The notes beneath the pieces are model-generated. The model made no database searches and had not been told where the DNA came from. It worked only from the letters and a program-made list of their open reading frames with translations. A stretch of DNA of 64,000 nt from an uncultured delta proteobacterium (lineage in GTDB: Bacteria > Myxococcota_A > UBA9160 > UBA4427): NCBI GenBank assembly GCA_963822965.1, contig CAWGJT010000005.1, forward strand, positions 768,001-832,000, written 5' to 3'. The position numbers were made by a program, and so were the translations under genes. Below, in pieces: positions 57,196 through 64,000 of this stretch; the stretch's first letter is position 1; the number at the start of each line of letters is the position of its first letter.

Positions 57196-60129
57196 ATGAC
57201 GGGTGACGGCACACGGGAAGCGGGGCAGAGCGTTTCAGGGGCCGATGCGGGCGCCGGCCGGTCGGTGCTCGATCCGACGGACACGTTCGCGCGGCGGCAC
57301 ATCGGGCCCGACGAGGCCGAGGTCGCCTCCATGCTCGAGGCGCTGGGCTACGCGTCCCTGGACGACCTGGCGGACGCCGCGATTCCGGCCTCCATCCGCT
57401 CGAAGTCGTTCGGCCTCACGCCGCTGCCGGGCCAGCCGAGCCGCCCGCTCGGCGAGTTCGAGCTGCTCGACCATCTGCGCGCCATGGCGGAGGAGAACCA
57501 GGTCTTCCGCTCCTGCATCGGCATGGGCTACTCGGACGTGATCCTCCCCGGCGTCATCCAGCGCAACATCCTCGAGAACCCGGGCTGGTACACCCAGTAC
57601 ACCCCCTACCAGGCGGAGATCTCCCAGGGGCGGCTCGAGGCGCTGCTGAACTTCCAGACCGCGGTGGCCGACCTCACCGGGCTTCCCCTGGCGAACGCGT
57701 CGCTCCTCGACGAGGCCACCGCCGCCGCCGAGGCCATGGGCATGTGCCACGCCATCGCGCGCGGCGACAAGCCCGGCTTCTTCGTCGCCGACGACTGTCA
57801 CCCGCAGACGATCTCCGTCGTCCGAACCCGCGGCGCGTCCCTGGGCATGCGGGTGCAGGTCGGAGCCCCCGACGCCGTCGACTTCTCGTCCGGTGATCTG
57901 TGCGGCGTCCTGCTGCAGTACCCCACCAGCGACGGTCGCATCGTCGACCCGCGTCCCACCATCGAAGCGGCCCACGCGGCGGGCGTCACGGTGGTGATGG
58001 CCGCCGACCTGCTGGCCCTCACCCTGATCACGCCACCCGGCGAGCTCGGGGCGGACATCGCCGTGGGCTCGACCCAGCGCTTCGGCGTTCCCATGGGCTA
58101 CGGCGGCCCCCACGCGGCCTATCTCTCCACCCGGAACGAGCACGCGCGCAAGCTGCCGGGTCGCCTGGTGGGGGTCTCCCGGGACGCCCAGGGACACACC
58201 GCCTACCGGCTGGCGATCCAGACCCGGGAGCAGCACATCCGCCGGGACAAGGCGACGAGCAACATCTGTACCGCCCAGGTGCTGCTGGCGATCCTGGCCA
58301 GCATGTACGCGGTCTACCACGGGCCGGAGGGACTCCGGGCCATCGCGCGCCGGATCCACGCGTTGACCGCGGCCCTGGCGGCCGGCCTGCGGCGTCTCGG
58401 GCACGACCCGGGCGAGGCGCCCTTCTTCGACACTCTTCGCGTGCGGCCGAACGGCATCCAGGCGGACGTCGTCCACGCGGCCGCGCAGGATCGCTGTATC
58501 AACCTGCGGCGCTACGGGGACGGCAGCGTGGGGATCGCCCTCGACGAGACCAGCACGCCCGAAGACGTGCTGGACCTGCTCGAGTGCTTCAGCGAGGACG
58601 ACGCCGTGGGTGTCTCCGTCGAGGAGCTCGCCGCCGAGGGCACGCTCGAATACCGCGAGCCCCTCGCCCGTCGCAGCGAGTTCCTCACGCATCCGGTCTT
58701 CCACGCCTACCAGTCGGAGACGGAGATGCTCCGCTACATCCACCGCCTGGAGGCGCGCGACCTCGCCCTGAACACCTCCATGATCCCGCTGGGGTCGTGC
58801 ACGATGAAGCTCAACGCCACCACCGAGATGGTGCCGGTCACCTGGCCCACCTTCGGCCGCATGCATCCCTACGCGCCGGCCGACCAGGCCGAGGGCTACT
58901 TCCTGCTGCTGCGACAGCTCGAGACCTGGCTGAGCGAGATCACGGGCCTGCCGGCGGTCTCCCTGCAGCCCAACGCGGGCTCCCAGGGCGAATACGCGGG
59001 ACTGCTCGCCATCCGTCGCTATCACGAGAGCCGCGGCGAGGGCGAGCGCCGCATCTGTCTCATCCCGGTGTCGGCGCACGGCACGAACGCCGCCAGCGCG
59101 GTGATCGCCGGCATGCGCTGTGTCGCGGTGGCGTGCGACGAGCGCGGCAACGTCGACCACGAGGACCTGGCGAAGTGCATCGACGAGCACCGCGAAAAGC
59201 TCTCGGCCCTCATGATCACCTACCCCTCGACCCACGGGGTCTTCGAGGAGGGGGTCCGCGACGTCTGCCGCATGGTCCACGAGGCGGGAGGCCAGGTGTA
59301 TCTGGACGGCGCGAACATGAACGCGCAGGTCGGCCTCACCTCGCCCGCCGAGATCGGCGCCGACGTGTGCCACCTGAACCTGCACAAGACCTTCGCGATC
59401 CCCCACGGCGGGGGCGGACCGGGCATGGGGCCGATCGCGGCGGCGGAGCACCTGCGCCCCTTCCTTCCGGGTCATCCGCTCGAAGGCGAGGGTGCCGTCT
59501 CCGCAGCCCCGTACGGCAGTCCGAGCATCCTGCCCATCAGCTGGAGCTACATCGCGCTGATGGGTGCCGAGGGCCTGACGCGCGCGTCCCAGGTGGCGAT
59601 CCTGAGCGCCAACTACATGGCCCGGCGGCTCTCTCCCCACTACGACGTTCTGTACACGGGGCCCAGCGGCCTGGTGGCCCATGAGTTCATCATCGACTGT
59701 CGCCCCTTCGAGAAGAGCGCCGGGGTGAGCGTCGAGGACATCGCGAAGCGCCTGATGGACTACGGGTTCCACTCCCCCACCATGAGCTTCCCGGTGGCCG
59801 GCACCTTGATGATCGAGCCGACGGAGAGCGAGTCGAAGGCGGAGCTCGACCGCCTGTGCGACGCCCTGGTCGGCATCCGCGCCGAGATCCGCGCCATCGA
59901 GGAGGGAGAGGCCGACGCCCAGGACAACCCCCTGAAGCACGCGCCACACACGGCCGCGGTGGTGACCCACGACGATTGGCCCCACGCCTACTCGCGGGAA
60001 TTGGCCGCTTGGCCCGCCCCCTGGCTGCGGCACCATAAGTTCTGGCCGCCCGTCTCACGCATCGACAACCCCTACGGCGACCGGCACCTGGTCTGCTCGT
60101 GTCCACCGCTTCAAGACCTCCTCGGCTGA
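57196..60129 (+). CDS. gcvP: Glycine dehydrogenase (decarboxylating), glycine cleavage P protein
   Basis: [65 protein letters not shown] (PLP Lys), [12 protein letters not shown]. Confidence 0.97.
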   Translation: MTGDGTREAGQSVSGADAGAGRSVLDPTDTFARRHIGPDEAEVASMLEALGYASLDDLADAAIPASIRSKSFGLTPLPGQPSRPLGEFELLDHLRAMAEENQVFRSCIGMGYSDVILPGVIQRNILENPGWYTQYTPYQAEISQGRLEALLNFQTAVADLTGLPLANASLLDEATAAAEAMGMCHAIARGDKPGFFVADDCHPQTISVVRTRGASLGMRVQVGAPDAVDFSSGDLCGVLLQYPTSDGRIVDPRPTIEAAHAAGVTVVMAADLLALTLITPPGELGADIAVGSTQRFGVPMGYGGPHAAYLSTRNEHARKLPGRLVGVSRDAQGHTAYRLAIQTREQHIRRDKATSNICTAQVLLAILASMYAVYHGPEGLRAIARRIHALTAALAAGLRRLGHDPGEAPFFDTLRVRPNGIQADVVHAAAQDRCINLRRYGDGSVGIALDETSTPEDVLDLLECFSEDDAVGVSVEELAAEGTLEYREPLARRSEFLTHPVFHAYQSETEMLRYIHRLEARDLALNTSMIPLGSCTMKLNATTEMVPVTWPTFGRMHPYAPADQAEGYFLLLRQLETWLSEITGLPAVSLQPNAGSQGEYAGLLAIRRYHESRGEGERRICLIPVSAHGTNAASAVIAGMRCVAVACDERGNVDHEDLAKCIDEHREKLSALMITYPSTHGVFEEGVRDVCRMVHEAGGQVYLDGANMNAQVGLTSPAEIGADVCHLNLHKTFAIPHGGGGPGMGPIAAAEHLRPFLPGHPLEGEGAVSAAPYGSPSILPISWSYIALMGAEGLTRASQVAILSANYMARRLSPHYDVLYTGPSGLVAHEFIIDCRPFEKSAGVSVEDIAKRLMDYGFHSPTMSFPVAGTLMIEPTESESKAELDRLCDALVGIRAEIRAIEEGEADAQDNPLKHAPHTAAVVTHDDWPHAYSRELAAWPAPWLRHHKFWPPVSRIDNPYGDRHLVCSCPPLQDLLG

Positions 60130-61508
60130 CGTCTTCCCCGCCCCCGGCTGCGGTCGGCGCGACGGAGCCGCTGGTGGAACGGGTGCTGGAGAAGCTGGGC
60201 TTCTCGAAGGCCCCCGAGACCGACCTGGGCGGGCTCTCCGCGGTGTACGCCGCCTGGTGTCATCGCGTTCCCTTCGACAACGTCCGCAAGCTGATCCATC
60301 TGCGCGAACACCTTCCGGGCCCGTTGCCCGGCGACGACCCGGTGGACTTCCTCGAGACCTGGCTCGCCCACGGAACGGGTGGCACCTGCTGGGCGGGCAA
60401 CGGCGCGCTGTGCTTCCTGCTGGAGCGTCTCGGCTTCGACGCCCGGCGGGGCTGCGGCACCATGCTGGTGGCGCCGAACCTTCCCCCGAACCACGGCACC
60501 GTGTGCGTCGTGCTCGACGACACGGAATTCCTGGTGGACGCCTCGATCCTCTTCGTCGACCCGCTGCCGTTCTTCGACGGGTCGAGCATCGACCACCCGG
60601 CCTGGGGGGTGACCTGCCGCGCCGACGCGGACCGCAAGCTGCGCATCACCTGGCGCGCCTTCCACATGCCGGCGCTCGACTGTCGCATCGACCGGCTCGA
60701 CGCCTCGCGGGACGACTTCGGGAGCCATCACGAAGCCTCCCGGGGCTGGGGGCCGTTCAACTACTCGCTCTCGGCGCGCCTCGTCCACGGCGACGCCGTG
60801 ATCGGGGCCTCGTTCGGTCAGCACGCCGCCATCGGCGCGAGGGGCGAGCTCAGCGTCGTTTCGGGAAGCGCGCGCGAGCGCACGGCGCTGCTGGTGGACG
60901 CGCTCGGGATCAGCGAGGAGATGGCCGCGCGACTCCCCGAGGACCTGCCTCTGCCGCCGCGCCCTCAGTCGCCGCCTCCGCCTCGCCCTCGTCGCCGCCC
61001 CGCTCCGGCTGAAGGCTCACGAGGCCCCTCCGGACGGGTCGCTCGGACGGGAGTCCTGGGAGTCGTCCTCCTTCGTGCCGACGACGAAGCGGGCGAAGGC
61101 GGCCTCTCCCTGCTCTCGCAGGACGCGCAGCCAGCGCCGGGCGAACGCGAACTCCATCCCCAGGATCGCCAGACCGATCGGAATCACCACCAGGGCGGGA
61201 CCCGGCAGGACGATCAGCGCCATGCCCACCAGCACGACGCTCACGCCGACGACGGTGACGACGATCCGTCGCGCCAGCTCGTAGGTGATACGGAGGGTTC
61301 GCTTCATGCGTCGGCTCCCGCAGGCGCGCGGACCGGGCCGGAACCGGCAGATCCGCGGGGCGCCTATTCCGCGTCCTCGCTGCGTCCGACGCCGCGCATG
61401 ACGTCCACGTTGCCGGCCTCGCCGGGAGCGGCCACCTCGACCACGCGCTCATCCACGTCGTCGTACTCGAGACGCAGTGCGCGACACATGGTCGCATGCA
61501 GCTCGTAG
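60099..61508 (+). CDS. Arylamine N-acetyltransferase family protein with a run-on C-terminal extension
   Basis: [14 protein letters not shown] (Cys), NHGTV (His), FLVDAS (Asp). The homologous part ends near 60960, and the tail runs antisense over the next two genes. Start uncertain (60099, 60126 or 60174). Confidence 0.7.
   Translation: MSTASRPPRLTSSPPPAAVGATEPLVERVLEKLGFSKAPETDLGGLSAVYAAWCHRVPFDNVRKLIHLREHLPGPLPGDDPVDFLETWLAHGTGGTCWAGNGALCFLLERLGFDARRGCGTMLVAPNLPPNHGTVCVVLDDTEFLVDASILFVDPLPFFDGSSIDHPAWGVTCRADADRKLRITWRAFHMPALDCRIDRLDASRDDFGSHHEASRGWGPFNYSLSARLVHGDAVIGASFGQHAAIGARGELSVVSGSARERTALLVDALGISEEMAARLPEDLPLPPRPQSPPPPRPRRRPAPAEGSRGPSGRVARTGVLGVVLLRADDEAGEGGLSLLSQDAQPAPGERELHPQDRQTDRNHHQGGTRQDDQRHAHQHDAHADDGDDDPSRQLVGDTEGSLHASAPAGARTGPEPADPRGAYSASSLRPTPRMTSTLPASPGAATSTTRSSTSSYSRRSARHMVACSS
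61017..61307 (-). CDS. PGPGW-family small membrane protein
   Basis: [10 protein letters not shown]...[30 protein letters not shown]. Confidence 0.85.
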   Translation of the reverse strand: MKRTLRITYELARRIVVTVVGVSVVLVGMALIVLPGPALVVIPIGLAILGMEFAFARRWLRVLREQGEAAFARFVVGTKEDDSQDSRPSDPSGGAS

Positions 61509-62014
61509 GTCATCGTGACGTAGGTGAGCTCGAGGATCTCCTCGTCCGACAGGAAGGCGTGGAGGCGCTGGAAGAGCGCGTCGGGCACCCGCCCGCCGTC
61601 GAGGACCAGTGCGTCGGTCCAGGCGAGGACGGCCCGCTCGACGGGGGAGAAGGCCTCGGAGGTGCTCCAGGCCGGCACCGCCTGCACCTGCTCGTCGCTG
61701 AGCCCCACCGAGCGCGCCGCCTTGCAGTGCTGCGAGAAGACGAACTGGCTCCCGCGCGCCCAGCCCGCGCGCAGCTGGCCCAGCTCGCGCAGCTTGGGAT
61801 CGAGCTTGCGACGCCGGCTGCGATAGAGCCGGAAGCCCGCGACCGCGTGCTGGAAGACGTCCGGCACGAGCGCGAAGACCGTCCACCAGTTGCCGGGCGT
61901 GCCCGTCTCCGTCCCGGGTTCGTCCACGGGATCCCGCGCTCCGAACAGGAGGTCGTACAGCTCGCGGATCTCGGGGGTGGCGTCCGCCCGGCGGACCTGT
62001 CGCAATCGGGGCAC
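61364..62014 (-). CDS. Carboxymuconolactone decarboxylase (AhpD-like) family protein
   Basis: LDPKLRELGQLRAG...FVFSQHC...GLSDEQ, ERAVLAWTD, LSDEEILELT. GAGGAG RBS. Confidence 0.85.
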   Translation of the reverse strand: MPRLRQVRRADATPEIRELYDLLFGARDPVDEPGTETGTPGNWWTVFALVPDVFQHAVAGFRLYRSRRRKLDPKLRELGQLRAGWARGSQFVFSQHCKAARSVGLSDEQVQAVPAWSTSEAFSPVERAVLAWTDALVLDGGRVPDALFQRLHAFLSDEEILELTYVTMTYELHATMCRALRLEYDDVDERVVEVAAPGEAGNVDVMRGVGRSEDAE

Positions 62015-62098
62015 GTGGCTTCTCCTCTCTCGGGTCTCTCGACCGTCTCGGGTCTCTCGGCTTCTCGGCTCTCCCGGCTCCGGGGTGCCGGCTCGGGC

Positions 62099-63562
62099 TC
62101 AGAACCCGGGCGGCGGCTCGAAGGTCGCCGTACCCAGCAGCTCCGACAGGTGACGGGCGAAGCGCAGAGTGGTGCGGTCCTCGAGGTAGTCGGAGACGAT
62201 CTGGATGCCCACCGGCAGCCCGGCGGCGGTGCGTCCCACCGGGATCACGGTCGAGGGCAGCAGCGCCATGGTGACGAGGCCGGGCCAGTAGATCTGCTCG
62301 AGGTAGGAGCGCTCCCGACCGTTCACCGACACCGTGCGATCGAGCTGGGACGACTCCGTGTCGTGGGGAATCGCCGGCGAGAGGATCACCGGGCAGAGCA
62401 GGACATCGAAGCTGCGGAAGAACTCCGCCCAGCGCGCGCGCATGTGCTCGCGTCGCTCGCTCGCCTGCCACCAGCTGCGGTAGGGGAGCGCCATGCTCGC
62501 CCTCGTGAGCCGCGCGAGCGCGCTGTCGTCGCCGGAATCCACATCCTCGCCGCTGCGCACGAACTCGAACTCGGCGTCGCTCATGGTGCGACCGTTCAGG
62601 GGCAGCAGCAGCTGCAGGTACGTGTGGACGGCGGCGAGGAAGTCGATGTCCGGGCGCGCTCGCCGGTCGACGGTCACTCCCGAGCCCGCCAGGGCGTCCG
62701 CCGCACCTTCCAGCAGGCCGCGCATCTCGTGGTCGATCTCGCAGGCCGGCTCGTCGAGCCAGACCGCCACGCGATGCTCGGCCAGCGAGGGCCAACGGGG
62801 CGGCGGCAGCTCCAGGCGCCAGCCGCGCGCCTGGGCGGATGCCGGGCCCGCCAGCACGTCGAACGCCAGCTCGAGGTCGGGCACGCTGCGAGCCAACGGA
62901 CCGATCACGTTCAGGTCGGCTTCGCTCAGGGTGCCCGGCGGACCGGGCAGATGTCCGCGCTGGGGCACCAGCCCGTGCGAGCCCTTGTGGCCGAAGACGC
63001 CGCACCAGTGGGCGGGCACGCGGATGGAGCCCCCGATGTCGCTACCCAGCTCGAGCGGCGTGAGACCGGCGGCCAGCGCGGCGGCCGAGCCGCCGGACGA
63101 TCCCCCCGGCGCCCGGTCCAGGTCCCAGGGGTTGCGCGTGAGGCCGAAGATCGGGTTGTCGGTCTGCCAGTCTCCCGCCCAGGTCGGGGTGTTCGTCTTG
63201 CCGAAGACGATGGCGCCCGCCGCGCGCAGCCGCGCCACCGCGATGGCGTCCTGGTCCGGCACGTGCTCCGCCAGGGCCGGGACCCCGGCGGTGGTGCGCA
63301 GCCCCTCCGTCTCGAAGGTGTCCTTGACCGTCATCGGCAGACCGTGGAGCAGGCCCAGGGACTCGCCCCGCGCCCGCGCCTCGTCGGCTCGGACCGCCTG
63401 CCGTCTTGCGCTCTCGGGATCGAGGGTGACGACCGCGTTCACGACCTCGTTGTGCTTGGCGACGCGGTCGAGGAAGTGGTCGACGAGCTCGCGGCTCGAC
63501 AGCTCCCGACGGCCCAGGGCGCCGAGGAGCTCGATGGCGTTGCGAAATTCCAGACGGCTCAC
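62099..63562 (-). CDS. Amidase signature family enzyme
   Basis: LHGLPMTVKD, GKTNTP, TRNPW...GGSSGGSAAALAAG, GSDIGGSIRVPA, GLPVGIQ. Confidence 0.93.
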   Translation of the reverse strand: MSRLEFRNAIELLGALGRRELSSRELVDHFLDRVAKHNEVVNAVVTLDPESARRQAVRADEARARGESLGLLHGLPMTVKDTFETEGLRTTAGVPALAEHVPDQDAIAVARLRAAGAIVFGKTNTPTWAGDWQTDNPIFGLTRNPWDLDRAPGGSSGGSAAALAAGLTPLELGSDIGGSIRVPAHWCGVFGHKGSHGLVPQRGHLPGPPGTLSEADLNVIGPLARSVPDLELAFDVLAGPASAQARGWRLELPPPRWPSLAEHRVAVWLDEPACEIDHEMRGLLEGAADALAGSGVTVDRRARPDIDFLAAVHTYLQLLLPLNGRTMSDAEFEFVRSGEDVDSGDDSALARLTRASMALPYRSWWQASERREHMRARWAEFFRSFDVLLCPVILSPAIPHDTESSQLDRTVSVNGRERSYLEQIYWPGLVTMALLPSTVIPVGRTAAGLPVGIQIVSDYLEDRTTLRFARHLSELLGTATFEPPPGF

Positions 63563-63716
63563 GCGGGCCCCTTTCGTCGCCGGGCGGCCACCCCGCGACA
63601 CGCGCCGGCAGCGGGCGGATGCACCCACCCGGCGGGCCGAGGATATCGGCTCCGGCCCCTCTCGCCGAGCCAGGACGAGGGCTCGGGACGGGCGACCGGG
63701 TGATAGACTGTGGGGT

Positions 63717-64000
63717 GTGTCGGCCCATCCCGGACCCATCTCCGGGCTCGTCGCGGGGCTGCTCTGGCCCGACGAGCCCGTGACCCGGACCGCCATCCTG
63801 CTGCTGCTGGGGCTGGCCGCGCTGGCGTTCGTCAGCGTCTACGGCCCATTCCTGCGGCGCCTGTTCCGGATCGGTCAGCTGCGGCGCACCGTCCAGGCGT
63901 GCTTCGACGACGAGAGCTCGAACGCCATCCAGCGTCAGGAAGTCACCAACGCCTTCGCGGAGTCCCCCCTGGCGCCGCAGTGGAGCGACTTCGTGCGACG
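63717..64000 (+). CDS. Membrane protein, 3'-truncated by the window edge (possible MotA/TolQ/ZorA-like N-terminus)
   Basis: GTG 63717 reads MSAHPGPISGLVAGLLWPDEPVTRTAILLLLGLAALAFVSVYGPFLRRLFRIGQLRRTVQACFDDESSNAIQRQEVTNAFAESPLAPQWSDFVR. Extended -10 TGATAGACT lies just upstream. Confidence 0.6.
   Translation, partial: MSAHPGPISGLVAGLLWPDEPVTRTAILLLLGLAALAFVSVYGPFLRRLFRIGQLRRTVQACFDDESSNAIQRQEVTNAFAESPLAPQWSDFVR

Noticed and set aside
62020..62098. Pyrimidine-rich degenerate repeat (TCTCGGGTCTCTCG twice)
   Set aside because: Short low-complexity spacer with no evidence of function.

Overview
A very GC-rich bacterial chromosome segment. The gene content (LLM oxidoreductases, paired N-acyl-D-amino-acid deacylases, PilZ/Hsp70 pair, sigma-54 promoters, surface lipoproteins) suggests a Gram-negative Myxococcota/deltaproteobacterium-like organism; this is inference, since no marker gene is present. 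It holds about 50 densely packed, mostly metabolic or envelope genes, including cytochrome c peroxidase, MoxR/VWA, TesB, PepF, a WcaJ-like transferase, a Kef-type antiporter, an RND pump with a TetR regulator, GcvP and an amidase. I found no rRNA, tRNA, CRISPR array, integrase or transposase. Main points of interest: (1) a selenoprotein split by the ORF track (AhpC/TSA-like, FLRHFG-UGA-PLC, with a SECIS-like hairpin) at 32423-32986; (2) a 979-aa lipoprotein whose core aligns by eye with the two-domain eukaryotic BPI/LBP/CETP lipid-binding fold, followed by two tandem carbohydrate-binding-like domains and coupled to a secreted IPTL-CTERM-like protein; (3) a trypsin-like protease/His-Me endonuclease fusion behind a sigma-54 promoter with two tandem palindromic enhancer-like sites; (4) an NBD-only Hsp70 coupled to a degenerate PilZ protein; (5) a PD-(D/E)XK-like protein with a Tudor-like tail; (6) a frameshifted xth, a run-on N-acetyltransferase ORF, several likely leaderless genes, small intergenic repeats, and a possible ZorA/MotA-like gene cut off at the right edge. 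All family calls come from motif recognition, not database searches.
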